A stretch of DNA of 64,000 nucleotides from a bacterium (GTDB lineage Bacteria; SAR324; XYD2-FULL-50-16; G965216635), in contig OZ253454.1 of the NCBI GenBank assembly GCA_965261475.1, positions 543,813 through 607,812 of the forward strand. The letters run 5' to 3'. A model generated the notes under the pieces. The model made no database searches. It had not been told where the DNA came from and saw only the letters and a program-made list of their open reading frames with translations. The position numbers were made by a program, and so were the translations under genes. Positions within the stretch are counted from its first letter, which is position 1; each line of letters opens with the position of its first letter. Of the stretch, positions 8,512 to 18,411 are shown piece after piece.

Positions 8512-9723
8512 ATGTTAGATTTATTGGTAGTAGATTGGGCAAGTTGGCTCAATTTAGCTCTTCGTTGGTTTCATATTATAGCTGGCATTGCTTGGATAGG
8601 AGGATCTTTTTATTTTATTTGGCTAGATCATAGCCTACTACTTCCAGAAGAAAAAAACGAGCAAGAAAAAGGAATTTTAGGGGAAGTTTGGTCTGTGCAT
8701 GGAGGTGGTTTTTATCGCTCTGTTAAGTTTTTAAAAACACCAAAAGAATTACCAGAAAAGCTGCATTGGTTTAAATGGGAAGCATATACTACCTGGATTA
8801 GCGGTTTTTTACTTTTTATTCTAATTTATTATTTAAACGCACAAATTTATTTAATAGATCTAGATAAATTCCAACTTACTTCTAGTCAAGCTATTTTGAT
8901 TAGTTTGGCATTATTGATTATTAGTTATTTGATTTATGATTTGTTATGTAGGTTTGTACAAGAAAAATTTCCTATTATTTTCGGTGTAAGCTGTTTTTTC
9001 TTTATTACAGCACTAGCTTATGCTTTAGTACAAGTTTTTTCAGATAGAGCTGCGTTTTTACATTTTGGTGTAGTTATTGGCAGTATTATGGTTGGCAATG
9101 TATTTTTTATCATTATTCCTAACCAAAAAAAAATTATGAATGCACTTTTAAAAGGAGTCACTCCTGATAGTTTGTTAGGAAAAATGGGAAAAAATCGCTC
9201 TGTCCATAATAATTATCTTACGCTTCCTGTTATTTTTACTATGATTAGCGGGCATTATCCGCTAACTTTTTCTCATCCTTTTAATTGGGTTTTGTTAGTG
9301 ACTATTACTTTTTTTGGAGCTTTTATTAGGCATTATTTTAATCTCAAGCACCAAAGAAAAAAATCTCTTTGGGTCCTTGTTATTTCTTTTTTTACAATGC
9401 TTGTTGGTATTTATCTAATAGAAACCACTAGAGACGAAGAAACAGTAGCAGGATCAGAGATTATAAAAATAGAACAGGTGCAAACAATTTTTGCTAACAG
9501 ATGTCTAACTTGCCACCGCGCCAATCCTACTTTTACGGGATTGAGTGAACCTCCCGGAGGAATTAGTTTTGAAAAATATGCAGAAATCCAAAAGAGAACA
9601 AAGGAAATTTACGAACAAGTTGTGCTCGCTAAAGTTATGCCATTAGGGAATATCACAGGAATGAGCGATGAAGAAAGAAAAGTTATTGCTAAATGGATAA
9701 ATCAAACCAATCAAACAAAGTAA
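8512..9723 (+). CDS. puuD: Membrane-bound urate hydroxylase PuuD (cytochrome c type)
   Basis: N-terminal membrane domain WLNLALRWFHIIAGIAWIGGSFYFIWLDH plus C-terminal haem-c motif (ANRCLTCH = CxxCH), the PuuD architecture. Confidence 0.8.
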   Translation: MLDLLVVDWASWLNLALRWFHIIAGIAWIGGSFYFIWLDHSLLLPEEKNEQEKGILGEVWSVHGGGFYRSVKFLKTPKELPEKLHWFKWEAYTTWISGFLLFILIYYLNAQIYLIDLDKFQLTSSQAILISLALLIISYLIYDLLCRFVQEKFPIIFGVSCFFFITALAYALVQVFSDRAAFLHFGVVIGSIMVGNVFFIIIPNQKKIMNALLKGVTPDSLLGKMGKNRSVHNNYLTLPVIFTMISGHYPLTFSHPFNWVLLVTITFFGAFIRHYFNLKHQRKKSLWVLVISFFTMLVGIYLIETTRDEETVAGSEIIKIEQVQTIFANRCLTCHRANPTFTGLSEPPGGISFEKYAEIQKRTKEIYEQVVLAKVMPLGNITGMSDEERKVIAKWINQTNQTK

Positions 9724-9726
9724 ATT

Positions 9727-10659
9727 ATGAAAGATTACGATAGAGATCTGAGAGGCTACGGTCAAACACCACCTAAAATAGAGTTGCCCAAACAAGCACG
9801 TATTGCAGTGCAATTTGTGCTTAATTACGAAGAAGGAGGTGAGAATTGTATTTTACATGGAGACCAAGCATCAGAAAAATTCTTGTCTGAAATTGTAGGG
9901 GCAGATGCTAGAGATGCTGTTCGTCATATGAACATAGAATCCATTTATGAATATGGTAGTAGGGTAGGATTTTGGAGAATTTTACATATGTTCCAAGAAA
10001 GAGGATTACTTGCTACTATTTTTGGAGTTGCTATGGCAATGGAAAGAAATTCTAGAGCAATAGAAGCTGCTATGAAACAAGATTGGGAGATAGCATCTCA
10101 CGGCTATAGATGGATAGAGTATCAATATTTTAGCAGAGCAGAAGAAAAAGAGCATTTAGAAAAAGCCATCGAGATTCATACGAAAATCACAGGAAGCGCA
10201 CCTCAGGGGTGGTACACGGGTCGCACTAGCCCCTATTCTAGAGAGTTAACTGCAGAAAATGGTAGTTTTTTGTATAATTCTGATAGTTATGCTGATGAGC
10301 TTCCTTACTGGGAAAAAATAAAGAATTTACCACCACAGCTTATTGTACCTTATACTTTAGATGCCAATGATATGAGGTTTGCTACTCCTCAAGGATTTAA
10401 TAGTGGGGAACAATTTTATCAATATTTAAAGGATTCTTTTGATTATCTTTGGATGGAAGGAGCAACAATACCTAAAATACTCTCTGTTGGTTTGCACTGT
10501 CGTTTAATTGGAAGACCGGGAAGAGCATTGGCATTGGCTCGTTTTTTGGACTATATTACAGCTAAAGAGAAAGTATGGGTTTGTAGGCGTGTAGATATTG
10601 CTAAATTATGGCGGACACAATTTCCTTATCAAAATCAGGATGAATTTTCTAAATTTTAA
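9727..10659 (+). CDS. puuE: Allantoinase PuuE (polysaccharide-deacetylase-family, metal-independent)
   Basis: Very close collinear match to Pseudomonas PuuE (...FVLNYEEGGENCILHGD...HGYRWIEYQY...GWYTGRTSP...). Confidence 0.9.
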   Translation: MKDYDRDLRGYGQTPPKIELPKQARIAVQFVLNYEEGGENCILHGDQASEKFLSEIVGADARDAVRHMNIESIYEYGSRVGFWRILHMFQERGLLATIFGVAMAMERNSRAIEAAMKQDWEIASHGYRWIEYQYFSRAEEKEHLEKAIEIHTKITGSAPQGWYTGRTSPYSRELTAENGSFLYNSDSYADELPYWEKIKNLPPQLIVPYTLDANDMRFATPQGFNSGEQFYQYLKDSFDYLWMEGATIPKILSVGLHCRLIGRPGRALALARFLDYITAKEKVWVCRRVDIAKLWRTQFPYQNQDEFSKF

Positions 10660-10662
10660 AAT

Positions 10663-11955
10663 ATGAAAACACTAAAAAAAGATTATTGGATGCCTTTTAC
10701 GGCAAATAGAGATTTTAAACAAAATCCTAGATTGATTAAAAGAGCCCAAGGGGTTTATCTTTGGACTCAAGATGATAGAAAGATTATTGACGCATCTTCT
10801 GGGTTATTTTGTGTAGGATTAGGTCATTGTCGCCCAGAAATTTTAGAAGCCGTTACAAAACAAATGCAAATTTTAGATTATTCCTCTCCTTTCCAAGCAG
10901 GGCATAATATATCTTTTGAATTTGCAGAAAAACTAGTGGCAAAATTACCAGAAGGCATTGAAAATGTATTTTTTACAAATTCTGGCTCTGAATCTATTGA
11001 TACAGCTATTAAACTTGCCACTGCTTATCATAGAGCAAATAAAGAACCTGAAAGAACTCAGCTAGTTAGCAGAGAAAGAGCCTATCATGGTGTTAACATT
11101 GGCGGAACCTCTTTAGCTGGTATTACTAAAAATAGAGAGGTTTTTAGTGGCATTACTCTTTCTGTTTCTTTCTTGCGGCACACTCTAACTAACGAAGAGC
11201 CTTTTTGTGTTGGGGAACCACAAAAAGGAGTAGAATTGGCAGATGATTTAGAAAGAATTGTTAGTGTAGTTGGTGGCAAAAATATTTCAGCGGTTTTTGT
11301 AGAACCAGTAGCAGGCTCTACAGGATTTTTGATACCTCCGAAAGGTTATTTACAAAAATTACGTCAAATTTGTGATAAATATGGTATTTTACTGGTTTTT
11401 GATGAAGTAATTACAGGTTTTGGACGCCTTGGTAGTTTTTTTGCTGCTGAAACTTTTGATGTTATACCAGATATTATGATTATGGCAAAAACCTTGACTA
11501 ACGCTGCGATTCCTATGGGAGCTGTTGCTTGTAAAAAAGAAATTTATGATTGTTTGATAGAGCAAGGAAAAGGAGCGATTGAGTTCTTTCATGGTTATAC
11601 TTATTCTGGACACCCTGCTGCTTGTGCTGCTGGTTTAGCAACTTTAGAAATTTTTGAAAAGGACAATATATTAGCAAATGTGAGAGATATTTCTCCATAT
11701 TTTATAGAAAAAATTATGAATCTTAAGTCATTATCTGCAATTCAAGGCATACGCACTATGGGTTTAGTGGCTGGTATAGATTTTCGTTCAGACGGTAGCC
11801 CAGGGCAGTTTGGATTGGCTATTTTAAAAAAGTTCTTTCAAGCTGGGATGCATATTAAATTTACTGGCGATACAGCATTGATTGCGCCGCCCTTGATAAG
11901 CAAAAAAGAACATATTGATGAAATATGTGATATATTTTTCCGTGTGCTTAGCTAG
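10663..11955 (+). CDS. Class-III (omega) aminotransferase, beta-alanine/omega-amino-acid--pyruvate transaminase-like
   Basis: N-terminus DYWMPFTANRDFK matches the omega-amino-acid:pyruvate transaminase signature (MPFTANRQF). PLP fold over 430 aa. Sits 4 nt after puuE. Confidence 0.8.
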   Translation: MKTLKKDYWMPFTANRDFKQNPRLIKRAQGVYLWTQDDRKIIDASSGLFCVGLGHCRPEILEAVTKQMQILDYSSPFQAGHNISFEFAEKLVAKLPEGIENVFFTNSGSESIDTAIKLATAYHRANKEPERTQLVSRERAYHGVNIGGTSLAGITKNREVFSGITLSVSFLRHTLTNEEPFCVGEPQKGVELADDLERIVSVVGGKNISAVFVEPVAGSTGFLIPPKGYLQKLRQICDKYGILLVFDEVITGFGRLGSFFAAETFDVIPDIMIMAKTLTNAAIPMGAVACKKEIYDCLIEQGKGAIEFFHGYTYSGHPAACAAGLATLEIFEKDNILANVRDISPYFIEKIMNLKSLSAIQGIRTMGLVAGIDFRSDGSPGQFGLAILKKFFQAGMHIKFTGDTALIAPPLISKKEHIDEICDIFFRVLS

Positions 11956-12161
11956 GGTAATAAAATTAGCGCTACAAAAATTTTGAGCTCTGTTCTCTAA
12001 AATTCGCAAAACCCATGCTCTTATGCTGCCTCAGACCTAATGTAAAAGAAAGCTATTTTGTTGTTTGTATCCTAACAATCGCTGTTTGATATTGACGGTG
12101 AAAAATAATATTCAATATTTTAGTGCTTAAATCAAGGTTAGCATAAGGCTAAATTTTTGAG

Positions 12162-13865
12162 TTAGCTCATCAGAGTTGCTGTTTTTTTTTGCAGGTATGG
12201 AATAAGAAAAAAATTTAATTTTTTAAGTAATTCGGTAAATTTAGTTTCAAACTCTTTTTCTCCTCTTAAATACAAAGATACTTTATCCTCTGTGCCTGAG
12301 TTTCTAACAAAAATAGCTCCTTTGATTTTTTCTTCCTTTTTTAAAAACCAGTATTGCAGGTCAGGACTATGTGTAATTTGTTTTTTTTCAAGGCTAAAAC
12401 TTGTATCTAGTAAGTTTTTGGTAGTTTTTTCCATAAAATCTGTTAATTTTTTGATAAAATTTTTGTTTAATAAAACAAACTTATCCACATTGTAGATAGC
12501 CAAATCTTGAAAAATTCCATCGAGATATTGGCTTGTTAATTTTTGAAAGAATTGTTTATCAGGTTTTTTACCACAATTCTTAAAAATACTTTCTAAACTT
12601 TTTAGCGATGCTAGAATACCGTCTCCTGTAAAAAAAATATCTTTTTTTGAGATTATATAATTTTTAGAGCCTATTTTACCGCTTCTAATTTTTATTTTTG
12701 TAGGAAAAATAAAATGCCCTGATGCTTCATAACCCAAAGAAAAATTTTTTTTTGTTTCTATAGCTTTTTTTAGCAACCATCTATCGCCTATAGGTATAAT
12801 ATCGTGTTTCCAACCCATTTGCTCTGCGTAAATTTTTATTTGTAAATCGCTTTCTATCGTATGATAAAATTGAATATGTTTGTTTTTACTGTTCAAGGCA
12901 TTAAGAAAATGAATAGCTAGCGTATCACCACTAAGACAGTAAATTTTTTCTTCTAAGTGGTTGTACTCTAATCTCATAAACCTGTCACCATCTCCGTCAA
13001 AAACAAATCCGCTCAAAAAAAGTTCTCCACAAATTACTTGAGGATTGTTTTTGCCTTCTCGAAACATTGAATTTAGTATTCTGTTTTTGTTTAAGTTGTC
13101 ATTGATTAACATATCTTTGCTAGCGATTGTTTTGATTCCTGCTAATTCTGTAATTCCGCAATGATCGTTGATTGTACCTTGAGTATTTAATAAATTAACT
13201 TTTTTAAATTTTATTTGTTTAATAAGATGTTTTAAGGTTTGGGATACAGCACCATTTGCGCAGTCCACCATCAAAATTGTTTTAGGAAATTTTTTGGTAG
13301 AAATATTTTTTAGAATATGCCTAGAGTATTTTTTGATTGCTTTGGTATTCAGGTCCTTGTAATTTACTGCATTGATATTTTCTTTGATAGGGTAAGGGGT
13401 ATTATAAAGTAGTGTTGTTAGTTCTTGCTCTTGTATTGGTAATAATTTTGCTCCATAGGGAGGCAAAAATAGTTTGATACCGTTTTGATTATGAGGGTTA
13501 TGAGAAGCAGTGATCATTAAAGCACCAGATCTATTTCTTTTAACTAAGTAAAAGGAGACTAAAGGGCTCGGCACTATATTCAAAAAACGAAGTTTCATAC
13601 CTGCTTTAACAATTCCATTGAGCAGAGCCGTAGTATAACGCAAGGAAGAGTCTCTAGTGTCTTTACCTATCATAATGTAATCGCCTTCTTTTGCTAATTT
13701 ATTTTTCTTTAAAAAAATGCAAAAAGCATAGGCATAAAGTTCAAAAAATTCTGGAATCAGAATATTTTGTTCTTCAAAGATTTTTACCGGATCCCTTTTT
13801 GTTTTGATGCTTTTAACTTCTATATATCCTCTGATGCCATCAGTGCCTTGTAATATTTGTTTCAT
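12162..13865 (-). CDS. Alpha-D-phosphohexomutase family protein (phosphoglucomutase/phosphomannomutase)
   Basis: GTDGIRG N-terminal motif, active-site TASHNP, domain-IV RNSGTE loop. 567 aa, with insertions relative to GlmM. Confidence 0.8.
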   Translation of the reverse strand: MKQILQGTDGIRGYIEVKSIKTKRDPVKIFEEQNILIPEFFELYAYAFCIFLKKNKLAKEGDYIMIGKDTRDSSLRYTTALLNGIVKAGMKLRFLNIVPSPLVSFYLVKRNRSGALMITASHNPHNQNGIKLFLPPYGAKLLPIQEQELTTLLYNTPYPIKENINAVNYKDLNTKAIKKYSRHILKNISTKKFPKTILMVDCANGAVSQTLKHLIKQIKFKKVNLLNTQGTINDHCGITELAGIKTIASKDMLINDNLNKNRILNSMFREGKNNPQVICGELFLSGFVFDGDGDRFMRLEYNHLEEKIYCLSGDTLAIHFLNALNSKNKHIQFYHTIESDLQIKIYAEQMGWKHDIIPIGDRWLLKKAIETKKNFSLGYEASGHFIFPTKIKIRSGKIGSKNYIISKKDIFFTGDGILASLKSLESIFKNCGKKPDKQFFQKLTSQYLDGIFQDLAIYNVDKFVLLNKNFIKKLTDFMEKTTKNLLDTSFSLEKKQITHSPDLQYWFLKKEEKIKGAIFVRNSGTEDKVSLYLRGEKEFETKFTELLKKLNFFLIPYLQKKTATLMS

Positions 13866-13874
13866 TTTTTATAT

Positions 13875-14522
13875 TTATTTTGTTTGAAATTCTTGCTCTA
13901 TTAAAATCAATAAATCGCCTTTATCCCATGATAAAAATACATTTTTTTGGATATTTTCATTAGAAATACTTACTAAACCCGCTAGAGATAAATTTTTTTT
14001 CTGTATCTCATATTTTAAACCACAGCTACTAATATTTTTGATATTCCCATAGAATGGGAATAATGAAATACGAGTTCCTAGAGGTAATACAAATTTTTTT
14101 TGTCTATCACTTGTCAATATTATTTTTTCTGTAGGGCTAAAGCAATTTATTTTTTGAAATTTTTTTTGATACTTTTTGATCAAGTTTAGATTCCAAAATA
14201 AATGATCTACGCGTGAGCCCACTAACCCTATAATCTTTACTCTAAAGATTGAATTTTCTAGCAAATAAACCAATGCTTTTTCAGCATCTGTGGTATTTTG
14301 ATCCTCTAATTTGATGAATTTTGTTTTAGGGGAGTTAGGTATACTTTGGAAAGCATCTAAATCTCCAATAACAATATCAGGGTCTAAGTTGTGTTCTTTG
14401 ACCCAATGATAGCTACCATCAACGCAAATACATAAATCACACTTCTTCCAAAAAAAATTCAAGTAATCTTTGTTTAATTGATAGCCATCAAGAATTACCA
14501 AAGCAGTTTCTTGTCTTTTCAA
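13875..14522 (-). CDS. Thiamine pyrophosphokinase
   Basis: 215 aa with the TPK catalytic motif (...IVIGDLDAF...) and overall TPK-family organisation. Confidence 0.65.
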   Translation of the reverse strand: MKRQETALVILDGYQLNKDYLNFFWKKCDLCICVDGSYHWVKEHNLDPDIVIGDLDAFQSIPNSPKTKFIKLEDQNTTDAEKALVYLLENSIFRVKIIGLVGSRVDHLFWNLNLIKKYQKKFQKINCFSPTEKIILTSDRQKKFVLPLGTRISLFPFYGNIKNISSCGLKYEIQKKNLSLAGLVSISNENIQKNVFLSWDKGDLLILIEQEFQTK

Positions 14523-14590
14523 TGTACTTTTTACTTAAAATATTGTCTACTTATGATAGATTGTCTTGCTATAAAAATAAAGCATAAATT

Positions 14591-15691
14591 ATGAGAAGTT
14601 ATAGACCACAAGAAATTTTGGTAGAAACAGAAGTTTTGCATACAGATTACGTACAGAAAATTTTAGCTAAGTTTCCTCAAATTAACCCACAAGTTATTAC
14701 CAATAATAATTGGAAAGAAAGATTTTTAACAAATAAAACTTCTCTAACAAAAGGAAAAAAAATTCTTTATCTAAAAAATTTTTTGGGCGTCCCCATCAAA
14801 CTTTGTCCTGGATTTTCTTTAGATGCTGTTTGTTGTAATTACTATGTTTTAGATTTTATAGAAAATTGTCCTTTAGAATGCAGCTATTGTATTTTACAAG
14901 CAATTCATAATCAGCCCACTATTGTAGTGCATGCCAATGTAGAAGAAATTTTACAAAAAATTGGTTTGGTTTGCACTAAAAGACCAAATACCAATTTTTC
15001 TATCGGCACAGGAGAGCATTCTGATAGTTTAGCTATGGACGATATTTTAGAACTTAATCCTATGTTGGTAGAATTTTTCTCCCAATTACCAAATGCTAAG
15101 CTAGAACTAAAAACTAAAACAAATAAAATAGAACCTCTGTTGGCACTTCAACACAAAGGCAATACTATTGTTTCTTGGTCTTTGAATACAGAATATCTTT
15201 CCAAGACACAAGAGCACAAAACAGCAAGTGCTAAACAAAGAGTGTTAGCTGCTAAAGAGCTTATAAAGGTTGGCTATAAGGTAGCTTTTCATTTTGATCC
15301 TATGATTTATTATAACGATTGGCAAAGAGGTTATAGTGAAATGGTAGATTTTATTAGGGAGCAAATTTTACCACAAACTATCGCTTGGATTAGCATTGGC
15401 ACTCTACGCTATGTTCCTTCTTTAAAAAAAATTGCAGAAGAGAGATTTCGTAAATTAGATTTATTTTGTGGTGAGTTTACTAAAACTGCAGATGGTAAAA
15501 TGAAGTATATTCGCCCTATTAGAGAAATGCTTTATCGATATATGTCCAAACAATTACAACAAAAATTACCACAAGTCCCAAGGTATCTTTGCATGGAACA
15601 AAGTAATGTTTGGGAAAATGTTATGAAGTATATTCCGTCTTCTCCTCAAAAAATGGAAACTGACATTCGTGCTAGAGTGTTCGAGAGTTAA
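14591..15691 (+). CDS. Spore-photoproduct-lyase-like radical SAM protein (SplB family)
   Basis: CPLECSYC is a CxxxCxxC radical-SAM cluster motif near residue 90, as in SplB. 366 aa. Confidence 0.65.
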   Translation: MRSYRPQEILVETEVLHTDYVQKILAKFPQINPQVITNNNWKERFLTNKTSLTKGKKILYLKNFLGVPIKLCPGFSLDAVCCNYYVLDFIENCPLECSYCILQAIHNQPTIVVHANVEEILQKIGLVCTKRPNTNFSIGTGEHSDSLAMDDILELNPMLVEFFSQLPNAKLELKTKTNKIEPLLALQHKGNTIVSWSLNTEYLSKTQEHKTASAKQRVLAAKELIKVGYKVAFHFDPMIYYNDWQRGYSEMVDFIREQILPQTIAWISIGTLRYVPSLKKIAEERFRKLDLFCGEFTKTADGKMKYIRPIREMLYRYMSKQLQQKLPQVPRYLCMEQSNVWENVMKYIPSSPQKMETDIRARVFES

Positions 15692-15694
15692 CTA

Positions 15695-17095
15695 ATGGAA
15701 TTAGATTTATCAGGAATTCGTTTTCTTTTTATTTCAAAGGATATTGTTTTTTTAAGAACTAAAAAGAATGAGCTAAAGAATAACTATAATGCAGAAGTTT
15801 TAGTTAGCAATGATTTTGAACAAGGCGCATCTATTTTAGAAACAGAAAATCCTCAAGTTGTAGTTTGTCTTTTTACGAACAAACAAGAAACATTATCTTT
15901 TATTCGTATATTTCAAAAACTAATACCGCAAGGAATACTTTATTTTTATTTTGAAGACGATACTAGAGCAGATATTTTGTCGACTCCAGAGTTTATTTTT
16001 TATAAAAATAAGATAGGTTTTTTAACTACCCCAATTCAATGGGAAAAAGTTTTTGCAAAGATCCATCAAAAACTTTCCTATAGGTTAACAGGTGTAGCTA
16101 ATTTAACTCCAGAAATTAAACAGTTGCAGTATTTTCTCTTGTTTCGCTCCCATAAGATGCAAAGAGGATTAAAATTTTTACCCAAGATGGCTAGTACAGA
16201 GTATAGTGTCTTGATTACAGGAGAAACGGGTACAGGTAAAGAAATGGTAGCTCGTGCTATACATTCGCTAAGCAGTAGAAAGAACAAGCCATTTGTTGCA
16301 ATTAATTGTGGCGCTATTCCAGAAAATTTAGTAGAAAGCGAATTATTTGGTTACGAAAAAGGAGCATTTACAGGTGCTACAGCTACTAAAAAAGGCAAGT
16401 TTGAATTAGCAAATAAAGGTACTCTTTTACTAGATGAAATTGGTGATATGCCCTTGTCTTTACAAACAAAGTTACTGAGAATTTTAGAAGATGGTCAAGT
16501 TTTTCGTATAGGTAGTGAAAAGTGCTTTAGTGTAGATGTGAGAGTTCTAGCCGCAACTAATGTGAATTTACAACAAAAGATTGAAGAAAAATTATTTAGA
16601 GAAGATTTATTTTATCGCCTTAATATACTTCGTATCAATATTCCCCCTTTACGCGCAAGAAAAGAAGATATTAGTCTATTAGGTTGGCATTTTTTACAAA
16701 GAGCACTTTCAGAAATCAACTATCTAGCACCTTATCCTTATTTAACAGCAGATGGAGTTGTAGCACTACAAGAATACGATTGGTATGGTAATGTGAGGGA
16801 ATTAAAAAATTTTATGACACAATTAGCTGTGTTGCTTCCATCGCAAACAAGAAAAATTGATGGTGAAATGGTGAGTGAAGCTCTAGCACAATTTTCTTCT
16901 AGCTTTAAAAATACTTCTGAGAACATAACCCAAAATACGACAGAATATTTTCAAACTCCATTAAATAAAAGTTTAGCGCAAGTACAAAATCTTTATATTG
17001 ATAAAGTGCTAGAATTACATAATAATAACAAAACAAAAGCAGCGAATTCTTTAGGGATTAGCTTACGCTCTCTCAGACAAAAACAAAATAGCTAA
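15695..17095 (+). CDS. Sigma-54-dependent transcriptional activator (bEBP) with degenerate receiver domain
   Basis: Walker A GETGTGKE, sigma-54 contact GAFTGA, arginine-finger region, C-terminal Fis-type HTH. The N-terminal 120 aa is receiver-like but lacks the phospho-acceptor Asp (VVVCLFTN). Lies 4 nt after the SPL-like gene. Confidence 0.85.
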   Translation: MELDLSGIRFLFISKDIVFLRTKKNELKNNYNAEVLVSNDFEQGASILETENPQVVVCLFTNKQETLSFIRIFQKLIPQGILYFYFEDDTRADILSTPEFIFYKNKIGFLTTPIQWEKVFAKIHQKLSYRLTGVANLTPEIKQLQYFLLFRSHKMQRGLKFLPKMASTEYSVLITGETGTGKEMVARAIHSLSSRKNKPFVAINCGAIPENLVESELFGYEKGAFTGATATKKGKFELANKGTLLLDEIGDMPLSLQTKLLRILEDGQVFRIGSEKCFSVDVRVLAATNVNLQQKIEEKLFREDLFYRLNILRINIPPLRARKEDISLLGWHFLQRALSEINYLAPYPYLTADGVVALQEYDWYGNVRELKNFMTQLAVLLPSQTRKIDGEMVSEALAQFSSSFKNTSENITQNTTEYFQTPLNKSLAQVQNLYIDKVLELHNNNKTKAANSLGISLRSLRQKQNS

Positions 17096-17215
17096 AATAA
17101 ACATTTAAATTATTATTAGACCAACCAAAAATATCACTTCAATATTATTTTAGAGTGCATTGTAATTATGTGAGGTATAAAATCTTGTATCAAAAACAAT
17201 ATCAAGTTATTAAGA

Positions 17216-18385
17216 ATGAAAACAAACTATTCTCTTTGCTATGCAGCAGCTGGACACGCTCTGATGCATATGTTTGCAGCTTTTTATTTTGTGATTGTAT
17301 TAGCAATAGAAAAATCTTGGAATATTCCTTATGAAATATTGCTTAAACTTTGGTTTCTTGGCTCTTTGATGATAGGGATAGCTGCTATTCCTGCGGGGCT
17401 GTTGAGTGATAAATGGAGTAGATCTGGAATGATTGTAATTATGTTTTTTGGTATGGGTGTGTCGTCTATATTTTGTGGATTGAGTTCGAATACTACTATG
17501 CTCTTTATTTCTTTGAGTTTTTTGGGTTTATTTTGTGCTATTTATCACCCTGTTGCAATTGCTTGGATTGTAAATAGCTCTACTAAAAGAGGTATGGCAC
17601 TAGGTATAAATGGAATTTTTGGCACCGCTGGTGTAGGTTTAGGAGGACTGGTAGCAGGAAGTTTGCTAGAACTTGGAAACTGGCAAACAGCTTTTATAGT
17701 TCCTGCTATTTTTTCAATTTTGGCAGGGTGTGGTTTGTTATATCACATACTTACTAACAAAATTGCCTACAAGAATATTCAAAACCCTAGAGAAAAAAAA
17801 CAAACAAAAGATTTCAGCACATTCAAGATAGTTATTATTTTTTTGATAAGTATTTTTTGCCTTGGTTTAATTTTTCAAATTACACAAACCTCTGCTCCTA
17901 AATTATTAGAGATGCGTTTTGCAGAAAAATTACAATTGAAAGTTTCTCAAATAGGGATTTTAGTAGCAGTTATTTATGGATTTAGCGGCATAGCCTCTTT
18001 ACTAGGAGGCTATCTCGCAGATAGATATAATTTAAAAAAAATTTATATTACAGGGATTATTTTGCAGGCACCTTTTTTATTTTTAGTTTCTCAAACTTTT
18101 AATTTTTCTATTGTAGTGTTTTTACTTTTTATTGTAACTTTTAATACTATGATTTTACCCGCAGAAAATATGCTTTTAGCTAATTTTTCACCACAAAAAT
18201 ACCATGGGCTAATTTATGGTTTTAAATTTATTTTGGCGTTTGGCTCTGCACCTGTAGCTATTTTATTTGTTGCTACATTTTTTAAAATATACCAAGATTT
18301 TTCTTATTTATTTATTCTTAGCGGGTGTTTAATGGCTATGATTTTTTTAGTTGCTTTATTTTTGCCAAATAAAAAATTAATCTGA
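17216..18385 (+). CDS. MFS transporter
   Basis: 389 aa, 12 predicted TM in two 6-TM halves. Confidence 0.8.
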   Translation: MKTNYSLCYAAAGHALMHMFAAFYFVIVLAIEKSWNIPYEILLKLWFLGSLMIGIAAIPAGLLSDKWSRSGMIVIMFFGMGVSSIFCGLSSNTTMLFISLSFLGLFCAIYHPVAIAWIVNSSTKRGMALGINGIFGTAGVGLGGLVAGSLLELGNWQTAFIVPAIFSILAGCGLLYHILTNKIAYKNIQNPREKKQTKDFSTFKIVIIFLISIFCLGLIFQITQTSAPKLLEMRFAEKLQLKVSQIGILVAVIYGFSGIASLLGGYLADRYNLKKIYITGIILQAPFLFLVSQTFNFSIVVFLLFIVTFNTMILPAENMLLANFSPQKYHGLIYGFKFILAFGSAPVAILFVATFFKIYQDFSYLFILSGCLMAMIFLVALFLPNKKLI

Positions 18386-18411
18386 ATTAGAATTTTAAAT
18401 TTTTATGAAGT

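Noticed and set aside
14523-18411. Sigma-54 promoter (TGGCAC-N5-TTGCW) near the bEBP and neighbouring genes
   Set aside because: Visual scan of spacers 14523-14590, 17096-17215 and 18386-18411 found no GG-N10-GC element. Targets of the EBP are presumably elsewhere.
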